Shown here: positions 1 to 12,127 of the stretch, one piece after another
How the letters are laid out: every line of letters begins with the position of its first letter
How positions within the stretch are numbered: position 1 is the stretch's first letter
Assembly: GCA_038496445.1 (NCBI GenBank)
Contig: JALMLS010000504.1
Location: 62,001 to 126,000, forward strand
Direction: 5' to 3'
DNA from: Trichosphaerium sp. ATCC 40318
Lineage: Eukaryota; Protista; Tubulinea
Length of the DNA: 64,000 nucleotides
Position numbers and translations under genes: made by a program
Notes under the pieces: generated by a model
Told to the model about the DNA's origin: nothing
The model's database searches: none
What the model saw: only the letters and a program-made list of their open reading frames with translations

Positions 1-671
1 TTGAACATTGGTTAGAAAATTCGCATGAAAAGAAAAAAAAAAAAGACGTCAAGTAGTTTTACATCAAGGTGGCTGTAAACCTTTCTGAAAATAACTTCTT
101 TTAGTTTAATTAATCTCTATGAATATATTACGAGCAATTTTGAGCAAAACCACGTGTCCAAAAATCGATAGTGTTTCAACAAAACAATAACGAACTTTTT
201 GTAAGCAAAAAAGAAATTTCATCAAACCCGAAATTTAAATCTACTAACCTGCTAAAGCTGTAACTTGCTCGATATCATGCTTCTTAGCAAATTTCATTAC
301 TTCGCTAACGTCTTGTGAAGATACTGCTTGTATTATTGCACGTGGTTGACCATCTGGTACGTCATTTGGTAAAATAAGAACTTGGTTCCTATAGAACGAT
401 TAAAAAACCCAAAAAAGACTCAAACTTCCAAAAAGCCTGACTCTTGGCGTGTTTACAACAGAAAAAAGTAAGTTGAACGTACTTTATGTTATCATAGCGG
501 ATATCTCCAGGAAGAAGTACATTCCCTCCAATAACATCTCGTAGGTCTTGCCATGGTTGCGTTGATGCCAAGAACACGAGTGATAAAAGAAGTAGGGTAA
601 CCTAAAGACATGGTAACATTAGTTTATTATTTAACTCATAAAAGGTCACGTGCTTGAAGAGGTGTTGCCAT
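1..671 (-). CDS. Secreted FAD-binding (PCMH/berberine-bridge-like) oxidoreductase, 5' part, multi-exon, runs off the window
   Basis: Spliced reading: MATPLQ|VTLLLLSLVFLASTQ (signal peptide), LRDVIGGNVLLPGDIRY, then PDGQPRAIIQAVSSQDVSEVMKFAKKH. This matches the FAD_binding_4 N-terminal pattern P-x-A-I-x5-DV-x3-KFA. Confidence 0.65.
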
Positions 672-1700
672 CAAGTTTGAAAAGCTTTTCAAAATAACAG
701 GAACAGAATTACACTATTTTTAGAAGCGCACACGCTAGAAGATTCACACAGTTTTCAATAAATATCAGCGAGCGTCTAGAGGTTTAGTTAAAATCTATTA
801 CAGTCAAAATCATCCATATAAAATTGAGTTCACCTTTAATTTTCCCGTTGCTCCGCTTGAAAACTCTTGCAGTCACGTGACGTGGCTACAGCGCCGTGAA
901 TGTCTTATATATTGACGTATACGCCACAACGGCGCAAGATTATGGGCACCACGTAAGAAAGAAATCCCGTTTCAGTGCGCAGTTAATCGCTTGTGCTGTG
1001 TCAACGTACGTCACGGATTACAGTGACAAAAAAAAAAAATGAGTATTTGTAAAGTACGCAAACTCTCGCTGATGCTCGCACAACTATTGACATAGGCTTC
1101 CTTTCACGCTGAACCGGAGTTAAAACAGTACACTGTAAAGTTTAGAGATGTACCAAAACAAACCTTCAAGTTGTCCCGACACGACCAAACTCATAGCTCT
1201 TGTTTTTTGGGATACTTTTGGAGCAGCAAAATGGGAGCAGAAAGAATGGAAAGTTTTTTTGTATTTCAAGATTTTTTTTTTATTTTACGTAGCTCGACTC
1301 TCCTCTATCTTGTTGAACCTAAGATGACAATTATAAGCTTGATCACCTCTTCAGCAGTCATTTGGTATCCTTTGTATACTGCCAGTACATTTCAAAAAGA
1401 GGTCAATTAGAACCTTCCATTGAGCTTCAACAGAAGATATAGAGCGTCTTGTAAGGTTTTCATTGAAGTTTATCTTCTTTGTTTTTATGTTTATATATTT
1501 TCCACCCAAGTAGTAATACAAATGCAGAAGCGCTAACTTCAGATACACTAACAAAAAAAAATCAGCATCCAAGAGAGAAAGTGAAGAAGAGCTTTCACTG
1601 AGTCGTTCTTTTTCAACCGAAAAAAAAATGCAAAAAAAAAAAATGTCATTTTTAGCGCTGAGAGGCTGTATCACGGGTTCACGATGACCCATGATGTAGT

Positions 1701-2267
1701 TTAAATTAAAGCGTACCGCCATAGCCACCATGACACGATGGCAAAGTCCTCAGAAGGCAAAAACTGCCAAGCACCGTAAACTCCTAATCCAGCTGCAACG
1801 CCAAAGAAAGCAGCGTAGAATGAAGCAATCACTGCTGCAGTGCCGGCATACACAACACAAAAAAAAGGCATAAAAGCAAGTGAAAGCATCACTTTAGGTA
1901 CAATATCGGCTACAGTGTCTACAAAAAAAGAGCGTGAGGGTTGTTTTAACGCAAAATAAAGTTATTCGTTAAATAAACAATAAACGCAATTCCCACGTAC
2001 TTGTTTTTGCGCGTTGAACGGGACTTTCAACTCTCTTCTCTAATTCAGCCTTCTTCCAGATGTTGTCCATTACTTTATTCCAGAACTTTGTCATATACTT
2101 GTTCGTACGCTCTAGTATTGCCTCTCGCTCTTATTTTGAGTAAGAGACAATAAAAAACGGTATTTGTTTTACGTACTCGCCAAAGCACCGAAATACATGA
2201 GGGATAGAACCCCTACGCCATCCCAGGCGCACCACAATGGGTAGGCTATACTGCCGAACCAATCCAT
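1701..2267 (-). CDS. Small membrane protein of unknown function (3 exons)
   Basis: MDWFGSIAYPLWCAW... splices in frame through two GTACGT..AG introns to a hydrophobic exon (ORF 1701..1892). The 3' end is uncertain. Confidence 0.5.
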
Positions 2268-2324
2268 GGCTGTTTGAATGAACTGTAACGACTTTTTGTG
2301 ATTTCTATTTTATTCGGACTGAGA

Positions 2325-3647
2325 ATGTCAGAAAGCACCAAATGTGTCGTGGCTGTTGACTGCGATGAAGGTATAGTTTAATGGAGAAGTGTTGTACTAA
2401 TAAGAAGAAGTTCTCGCAGAGTTTGTTAAAAACCTTGCTTTATGGCATAATGACGCCTATAAAACGTCGCTCACAATAGCTGACTTTGTTTCGTATGATT
2501 TCATGAACGTCTGGGGTGGAACCATGGAAGAGTGTATGTAAAAACTACTAAACTCGTTTCTGTACAAATGGAAACGTTCTATTCAAAGTTTGAAGCGACA
2601 CTAACGCTAAACTCTCCTAGCCGTCGTAAAAGTGAAGCAATTCTTCAAATCTAGCTACTTCCAAGATCTAGATGTCATTCCAGGATCACAAGAGGCAAGT
2701 AATACAGCTAAAATCGAATAACTTACAAACAATACTATAAACGGTACTGAGCGTATCTAGCTCTTTATTTAACGCGTCTCAGCCTATTTCAACCTGTTTC
2801 ATATATTTTTTTCACGCGCCAATTTCTTACTTCTTTGCAGGTACTAACTGAATTGGCTGCTACTGGAAAATTCAAATTTATTATTGTAACGTCAAGACAA
2901 CATCATTTGGAGCAAATAACAAAAACATGGTACGTTGCACGTGCAACATTACAACAACATTCAAAAATTTCAAAAAAAAACTATTTCGGACCACCATGTG
3001 TTGCCAGTGGATTAGATAGACTTTCGGGAATGATGTATTTTGTCGTGTGTATTATTTTATTATATTTTCGTCGTTCTTTGTGCTGATTTGTTTGTGCTGT
3101 GGGTAGGATTGATAAACATTTTCCAAATATTTTTTCAGATATCAAGTTGGGTAATCATTACGGTACTACTGGAAAGAAGATATCAAAACCAGAGATGTGT
3201 AAACAAATCGGTGCTAAGATACTCATCGATGACTCTTTGAAGTATGCACGACAATGCGCAGAGGCAAAAATGAAGGTAACAAAAAAAAGAAACATTCCAA
3301 TCAGTTCAAAAAAACTTACGGTTTTTTTAATTTGTTTTCTGTCTTTCCGTCACAAAGTGCCATTTCTTCCTGAGATGGTTTATTTACGCATACTATAATT
3401 TTTCATCTATAACTTGCAACTATTGATTGTTTATTTGGTTTTTAATCGAACAGAAAATGAGGTTTTCTTTTTTTTTTTTTGTTTATTATTAATGTAGGTT
3501 TTACTGTTCGACTGGAAAGGAATTTACCCTTGGAACAACATACCAAAAGGAGAGAAGCCTGTGGCAGAGCAATATCCTGGTTTAGCGCAACGTGTAGGAA
3601 ACTGGCAGGAAGTTAAAACTCATTTACTTAACTTGCTAAACGAATAA
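2325..3647 (+). CDS. 5'(3')-deoxyribonucleotidase, NT5C-like HAD phosphatase, multi-exon
   Basis: HAD motif I VAVDCDEVL, motif II IVTSRQ, K of SKPEMC, motif IV LIDDS, and a C-terminal VLLFDWKGIYPWN. One intron is GC-AG (donor at 2695). Confidence 0.85.
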
Positions 3648-3863
3648 ACAGAAAAACGTTTTAACAAGCAAAAAAACCCAGAGATTGCTTCTTGTCAGTA
3701 CACTGTTACCCAAAATAACTAATTCGTGATTGTAGTCGTACTACAATATAGACGAAATCTTCTACTGGTCACTCAAGCTTCAAAATTATATCACGTGGCC
3801 TTCTCACAATCAAACACAACCTGATATTTATTCGTATTTTTTTCCTTGTTTTTCTTCTTGTCA

Positions 3864-5606
3864 CTACCCGTAGTGTCGCATATGGTACCGAAAGCACATT
3901 GCCAAACGGTGTTTGGATACACAAGCCATCGTCATATCACGTGATAAAAAATCCTCACGATATTTATCAAAACCAGGATGAACAACCAAAAACCAACGTA
4001 TTTCATCATTTGGCATCACTTTTACACTTTGTTCCATAAGACTCTTCCATTTTTGTGCTTTTGCCCAAGACTTCCTAACGGCCTCACTGAAATACCTGAG
4101 ATATACATTATGAGATAATATCACCACTCAATAAATAAAGAAAAGAGTACGTACTCTCTCATTTTAGCAAGCTTTGTTTTATCTTTTTCTATCATTGGAA
4201 AGGCACGTGTACCATTAGGTAATACAACACTACCATATTTAAAAGATAATGTGCGACCAGGCAATAAGTATATCATAGAATGTAGTAGTATCGAGTCTTT
4301 ATCCATCTCAAACCAAGGAAGAAAACCATAACCTATTCAGGTCAACACAAAAAAAGAATGCGGAAAGGAAACTTTTCAAAAAAGGAAGCTATGCTAAGCA
4401 GGAACACTTCAGAACAATACTAAACAGGACATATGTGATACTTCAAGATTGTCCTGATATCTACTGCTAGTATGTACCTGTGTCTGTTTTTTTGAGTGTA
4501 TCGTGCCACAAGAAATTATACTGACCAGTCCCTCTAAGGCCAGAGCCATATGGTCCTACAAGGGCTGTAAGTATCGTGTGCCTAGTACTAAAAGGATGTT
4601 GTGATTTAAATAGATTACATACCTGGACCTGCAGGCAACCGTCTTACAGGGTCACCATTGTCTTCATCCATCCAATGATCTCTTTCAGGTATTGGTTTGA
4701 TGAGCTTTTCAAACTCTACCTCCAAACACGTGTCTAGCACATGATAAATCTCTTCACTAGCGACTAGTGGTACACCTCTGGTACTCCTAGATGAATAAAT
4801 AAGAACAGTTATTTAATTTAGAATGCATCAAAAGCGCAAAAACACAAACAAAGAAAATCGTACTTGTAATAAAATAGTTTCGGATCTTTTTCATCGTGTT
4901 TAGGTAATGGATGTTGTGTTGATGCGTAAGCTTCTTTATACAAGTCAGGTACAATACCTTCTTTCTCGAGAGCATCATTTATGATTTTATCATTGATAGT
5001 AGGTGGTGAATCATCTAAAAACAAATAAGTTTTTGACAGCCTTTTACACATGATTTTTTTCAGTGAAAAAGTGACTTTTGTGTATCGAAATGAAGAACTT
5101 TAAATGCTCGTACCGCGATCACTAGTTATAGTTAAGTCGTTTTCTAGAGATAAAGTTTCATCTACCATCTCTTTGACCTCGTTTTCTGTTGGTTTGTTTA
5201 TTTTAGGTAATAGATGGAGTTTAGACGTTATATCCGACATCCAGTACGCCTGTGTGCGTTGAGAGTCGTCCCATTTGAGTTCTGGATCTTTTAGGGCCTC
5301 TACTGCTACCGCTACTCTTTTAGTACCGCTGTACGCACGCGACCATGCTCCAGAGTCTGCTGGAGCGTCTAATTGCGTAATTATGTTTTGTATTGTGTTT
5401 GAGAGTTCAGGATGTTTCAAAGCTACGACTTGACGCCATAGTTCGTCTTTGGAGAATAGTTCGTTTGATTTGGAGCACAATGAACCAAAACGAGCTCTAG
5501 TTGTATCGCATGCCAATAACTGGGTTGTAAGTATTATGTCCTTAGGTAGACCAAGTAAACTGAGCGTTGTTGTGGTCATCTTGGCAGTTTTCGCGCGCTT
5601 TGACAT
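3864..5606 (-). CDS. F-box-like protein, multi-exon
   Basis: N-terminal SLLGLPKDII...LCSKSNELFSKDELWR is an F-box-like pattern. Exons match ORFs 5100..5615, 4818..5051, 4121..4306 and 3864..4127. Confidence 0.5.
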
Positions 5607-6131
5607 ATAAAGCAAAAATCGGTTGTACTAAGCTGTAAACTTCTTTTCAACGAGACTCCGCTATTTTTTGGTAATGTCAAGCAAAGTAAATCAAAATACC
5701 GGAATTCTCCACTACCCTTGGCTGAGCAAAACAATACTATTGATTACGAAAGCTGAACTCGAGTCAGAATGTTACAGGTCCAACAGAGAATTTAAGCTTA
5801 CTATAAAAGAATAACAGATGTGACCCTAAATATTTCGCCTACCTTTTTAAAAAGGACTCCCGATTTGTAGCATGCACGTGCCTTTCTGCTCTTTCCCTCA
5901 TACAGAGAACTACATATGGATACACTAATGGATACCTTGCAGAGTTGCCCGAGGGCTACCTATGCTACACAAACCATCCCGAAAAATCAGGCTTAGCGCT
6001 AAACAGACTATTGAAATTGTATTCCAAAGACTACAGTTAAAACAAGATACACTAAGATCTATACGGGTTTTTGTAGCAACATGCTGCTATTTAGTTAATC
6101 GGTTTTTTTCGCAATCAGTGAGCACTATGTG

Positions 6132-8555
6132 TTAGTTATAGGCTTCCATTTGTTCGGTAATTTTGGCCATTTCTTTGTCATACTTACTTTCCCTTGATTT
6201 ACTAAAACGCATATGTTAGCTTCCAGACTCAAAGTTTTCTTTTGTTTCTTACGTTACGTAAACACTTATCACTATTATTAGTATAAGTATAAGTATTGCT
6301 GCGCAAACAACAACAGGTATCAACCATGCTAGAAAGCTTGTTCCTTCATCATTGCTAGCAATGCAATTGCTTTCATCACGTGATACCAATAAACTTAATC
6401 CAAAACTAGATTCTTTACCTGTTCCACTCTTGATGGTACAATCTCCATCCTATCAACACAAAACATGTAAATAAAACTTCATCCTAAGTATATCATTCGT
6501 GCTTACAGTTGGCATGTTTCCTGTTGTCTCCAAGTCATGAGTTGGTTTCACATCAAGACAGTTTGTTAAAATAACTGGGATATCTAGTTCTTCACCTTTG
6601 TTCACTTCGACAGCACTGACATTAACGTTTATATCTCCAGCAAGTTCAGTACAACCAGTAACAGTTATAGTTGTCCCTGCATCAAGAGATACCACACCTT
6701 TAGATCATTAGTAAACACAAATCAAATAAGACTGCGTTTGAACCTGTTTCTGAAAGTGTGAAGTTGCCTTCTATGACGATATCGTTGACTATATTAACAG
6801 ATGATGTGATTTCCATATTATCTGGTATGAATACACTTGTGACGTTGGTACAGTCGGATTGTCCGCATCCTAAAGTGCTTGTGTTAGAACAACTGAAAGT
6901 TAAAGCAAAACGCACATACCAATTGTAGGAGATATTTGCTCAGTGAACTCCACTGGTTGCGCTACCGTCACATTGAACGGAAGCAAACTAAGAGACTGAT
7001 TAACATATGAATATTGTTACGTCTTCATGTACGTGAATTCCATAGCTACTGTGTCTCTTTTTGTACTTAGGGAAATTCGAGGAACAAGAAAGCAGAAGCC
7101 AGCTATTGCAACGCTGTTAGTTTAAACCAAAATATCTTGTCTGTTTGAAAAAAGCCTTCATCGCTTTAGCGAAGGTACATTCATTATTTTAAGCCTCACA
7201 AATAACTGAACTCAAGAAGGCTTGGGCGATATTCATGTTGTACCTGAAGTGGATTCTATTTGTATGACTCTTTGTGAATAGACTGGTATCTTGTCTATCG
7301 TAACTGTTGATGGTTCATCTTGGAATACACCTGCTATATCTGATGTACAAAGAGCGCACACGTGACTGTAGATAAAAAGGGATTCATCATTTTTATTCAA
7401 GAACCCTAATGAAGGTTGAGAACGAAAAAAGAGAAAGAACATGTTCGTACCATCATCGAAATAAAACTCGCAATTGATATTCGCTGCGCTTAATATAGGC
7501 GCTAGTGTTGGTGCATCTGTTGATGCATCTGTTGGTGGAAGAGTAGTTTGAACTGGTGAGTTTGTTGGAGTCATACTTGTCGGTGGCATTGTAGTAGGTG
7601 AAAGAGTGCTTGGAGGCAAAGTAGGCGTTAGGGTTGTTGGAGTTAGTGTTGGAGGCAAAGTGGGTGGTAGAGTTGTTGCAGGCAAAGTGGTCGGAACTGG
7701 TGTTGTGGGTTGCATTGTTGGCTCTACTGGAGCTTCAGTTGTGGGTGCTATTCTCTCTTCAATGTTAACGACTAAGTAAGGCCTATCAGTAGGCATTGGG
7801 CTATCGCAACTGTATTTGTCATATTAGCGTAAATACCTCAACAATACGGTGTTTGTTTACCTTGCAATAATCAACTGGGGATCTCCTCCAAAACCTCTTT
7901 TAGCTTGCTGAGAAGGATCGTACATAACCCATCCACGATTGTTGTTCGCTTTCCAGAAGTTTATGAAATCAGCAACGTCGTGCGCTATCGCGTTATCCAT
8001 ATAGGCAACTGGTGTCACAGGTGCCGAACCTGGGAGTCCTTGCCAAGAATCAAAAGTTGTAGTACCATTCCAAAAAGTAGTGGCAGTGCTAACTGTTAAT
8101 GGATTATCTCCAGATTCTACTCTTAAGAACAGTGTAGCGTTTATAATCATGTCGTCTCTTAGTAGAGGCCCTCCTGAGTTTGTTTAGTGACGTTTCGGTA
8201 GTAGGGGTTTTTTTTTGGTCACGTGCGTGACTTGAAGTGGTAAAACGAGTACCTTCGTCAATAAAGATGTTAAATCGGAGAAGCCCAATGCTTACGCCTA
8301 GTGAAATGCCCGGCCGTATGACTATTATCGCTTCAGTGCCAAATGAATCGAGAGTATCGTCTTCATCAATGTAAGTGTCTGTACATTGGTCTGCCTCGAT
8401 ACGAACTAAAATCTAGTTAGTTTTGAAATAAACTAAAAAAAGGTAGATAAATAGGATTCTCAAGGAGGTTTTTGGATATGCTTGCTTTCTGAGGCTGAGA
8501 TAAGATAACTTGCGGTTATAAATATAACAAGGCAGAAAAGATTGTGCTTCCACAT
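6132..8555 (-). CDS. Type I membrane surface protein: signal peptide, DNRLRE/CBM96-like domain, Pro/Thr stalk, Cys-containing domain, TM helix (paralogue A)
   Basis: MWKHNLFCLVIFITASYLISA signal. DTYIDE...GLLRFNIF...NATLFL...W...FDSW...W-x4-N-x-GW pattern. PTTLPP repeats, TM FLAWLIPVVVCAAILILILIIVISV, short tail. Confidence 0.7.
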
Positions 8556-8841
8556 GAATAAATCCAAAAAAGATGATCGCGCTACTATTATTAACTTAAA
8601 CAGTTTTTTAACCATGACTTAAAGTACGTGCAATGTGTCACGTGTATCGGAGCGTTGTACCCTAAATCTATTTGATATCGGTTTGTTTATGCGCGCACTT
8701 TATTGGTACATATTACCACATACTGAACTGACAGGAAGTACGTTCATTTATTTTTTCGTGCTAAAAACCAATTGCATTTGGCGGCCAATTCTAGGTTTCT
8801 GCCGAAGATTTTTGTTTGTTAAAACCCGTGCGAACGAGGTA

Positions 8842-10997
8842 TTAGTTATATTCTTCCATTTTTTGATTAATTTTCGCCATTTCTTTGTCGTACTTGCTTT
8901 CCCTTGAGCACCTAAAAAAATGTAAAAAGTTTGCTATAAATAGGTATTTTTGTTTCGTACGTTAAGCAAACACTTATCACTACTATTGTTATAACGATAA
9001 TTAATGCTGCACCAACAACAACAGGTATCAGCCATATTAAAAAATTTGTTCCTTCATCATTGCTAGCAATGCAATTGCTTTCATCACGTGATACCAATAA
9101 ACTTAATCCAAAACTAGATTCTTTACCTGTTCCACTCTTGATGGTACAATCTCCATCCTATCAACGTAAAATAAGTGAATAAAATTTCATCCTAAGTATA
9201 TCATTCGTGCTTACAGTTGGCATGTTTCCTGTTGTCTCCAAGTCGTGAGTTGGTTTCACATCAAGACAGTTTGTTAAAATAACTGGGATATCTAGTTCTT
9301 CACCTTTGTTCACCTCGACAGCACTGACATTAACGTTTATATCTCCAGCAAGTTCAGTACAACCAGTAACAGTTATAGTTGTCTCTGCATCAAGAGATGT
9401 CACACCTTTAGGTCATTACCCAACTCATGTAAGGCTTGAAGAATCTAACCTGTTTCTGAAAGTGTGAAGTTGCCTTCAATGACGATATCGTTGACTACAT
9501 TAACGGATGATGTAATTTCCACATCATCTGGTATAACAATGCTTGTAATGTTCGAGCAATCAGAGTTACTACAGCCTAAAAGTACACGTATTAGAATCAA
9601 CTGATATTCTTTGAAACAATGCACCTAATGTAGGAGAAATTTGCTCAGTGAACTCCACTGGTTGTGCTACTGTCACGTTGAGCGACCTCAAACTAAAGCC
9701 ATTAGACTAGTGGTATGCTTATAAACTTACGTGAATTCCATGGCAACCATGTCTCTTTTTGAGTTAAGCTTAACACGAGGAACAAGAAAGCAAAACCCGG
9801 CTACAACTTTATAAGTTCAAATCCAAATCAACTTTTAATGTAGTTTTTGTTTATGGTTCCTACTTGTAGTAGCATCATTTTGAATGACTCTTTGTGAATA
9901 GACTGGTATCTTGTCTATCGTAACTGTTGATGGTTCATCTTGGAATACACCTGCAATATCTGATGTACAAAGAGCGCACACGTGACTGTAGATAAAAAGG
10001 GATTCATCATTTTTATTCAAGAACCCTAATGAAGGTAAGAACACAAAAACAGAGAAAGAACATGTTCGTACCATCATCGAAATAAAACTCGCAATTGATA
10101 TTCGCTGCGCTTACTATAGGAGCTAATGTTGTAGGGGCGTCAGTTGTTGGTGGTTCAGATGTAGGCGCGTCAGTAGGTGGGCTTGTAGGCGGTGGTATTA
10201 TGTTGATGACCAAGTAAGGTCTATCGCTAACAATTGGGCTATTGCAGCTGATGTATAACAATTTAGTTCACGATTTCCTTACTCTTTTGTTTACCTTGAA
10301 ATCAACGAGTCTTCACCTAAACCGACTGCTTTTTTGGAACTTGTAGAATAAATGGACCATCCATAGTTTGGGTCCGTTTTCCAACGATTGATAAAAGTAG
10401 TAACGTTTAGCTCTATTGTTCCGTATGCAAAGGGTAGGTTAATCGCAAGTATACTAATATCATAAAACCAAGATGAATAAGTCGAATCTTCATCCCACTC
10501 AGGAAAAGCAGAGTGGAAGGCTAACGACCCGTTGCCCTCTTCTACTGTTAAAACCAACGTGGCGTTATCGATTAGGTCATTTCTTCTAATAGGCCCACCT
10601 GAGTATGATTTAGGTGATGAATAAGCTTGAAAAGAGGTTTTACGCAAGTCACGTGTTAATTCTTGAACCGATGAATATTTACGGTAAAACAATTACCTTC
10701 GTCTTCGAAGATGTTAAATTTAATGAGACCAATGCGTTCTTCAATGCCAGATGCTACATTCAATGTAGTGACATTACTAAAAGAATCATTGGGGACATTT
10801 TCGTCAACGTAAGTGTCAATACACTGATCTGATTCGATACGAACTAACTTTTGTCAGTTTGAATAAAAAAAAAACCAAAAAAACATTAAAATAAATAAGA
10901 TCGTATTGGAATTCTGGCTATGCGTACATTCTAAGGCTGAAACAAGATAAATACTGGTTAAAAGTATAACCATAAAGCGGGGATTTTGTTTCCACAT
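8842..10997 (-). CDS. Type I membrane surface protein, tandem paralogue B of 6132-8555
   Basis: Same exon layout. The C-terminal exons are near-identical to paralogue A (ORF 9161..9403 vs 6453..6695). The stalk is shorter. Confidence 0.7.
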
Positions 10998-12127
10998 TGT
11001 TGTCATCAGTAGAAATAAAATCACAATCGGCAACTTTAAGTTTTCATGACTTAAGAGAAGCACAGTTTTCCGTTTACATCATCACTGTGTTACATGCGAA
11101 GACCTTAAATAAGTTGGCTGTAGTTTTTCAGCGATACAGATATGTGAAACATTTCAGCGCTGTTCTGTATGCAAGTTTCTTGACTTGTAAATACTTGAGG
11201 TATCAATAAGACTGTGCCAATGTGGAGACCTCGCAGTTTATGAGCAAGCGTGCACAAGGCTATTAGATGTAGAATGCAAGCTCATGAGAGCTTAGGTGTT
11301 GTGCTTGGCAGTGTATAACATAGCCAAGATCAAGTGGGCTAAACAACTTAAGGTCAATAACTTTTTAGGTTTAAATTCAAGGAAACAATCAATCAAGACA
11401 AAGCAACTAGCTCTAGCCATCGGTCAATTATTACACGTTCAATAAGCTTAACTAAAACACGGCGTGTGGAAACAGTGGGTAGAAATGGAATGATACGAGA
11501 GCAAAGAAGATGTCTTGGTTCAAAAGCGGAGAACTGAAAACTGTTTGACACTATGCAAATAATGAACCAGATGGAGAGCAGAGTCTGTCTCAAAGCTTGA
11601 ATTAGACAATAGTTTGTGATTACTTGCTCACTTAAAGCCACAAAATCCATGATTTGGGGTGTTGTTAAACTGTGCGTTGGTTAAGTAAGTTCAGCAACTG
11701 ATAAAAAGTCATCCACTTTTTAGTTAACCTTTATAATTTTCATGCCTTCTATTTTGTGTGACGGGTGCTAGCAGGTAAACGTTTGCAGATTAAAACAACT
11801 GCCGTATGTTCACGTGATGAATTACAACAAAAATAGGATTGATATCCAGATATCCTATTATCTCTTTTTCTGTTTCATACGAGCCAAGTGGTAAACTAAC
11901 TGATCAAATGAGTCAATCGCTGGACTAACGAGATGTAGCCGTAGCATACATACATCACTACTTTACTTCAAGCAGGTACTGCCTATAATACAACAATTAT
12001 GTAACAAATGTACACTTGGGCAAGTATAAAAATCAAACGAAATGTCACTTGGAGACTTAACACTTGTTGTTAAGATAACTTGAACGAATAAACCGTAAAA
12101 CGACAATGCACATCTCTCTAGCGTAGA

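Noticed and set aside
11200-11700. Decayed coding-like sequence (also 18500-19100, 34300-34560, 51430-51630, 62770-63260)
   Set aside because: Frames are broken and no motif could be identified with confidence.
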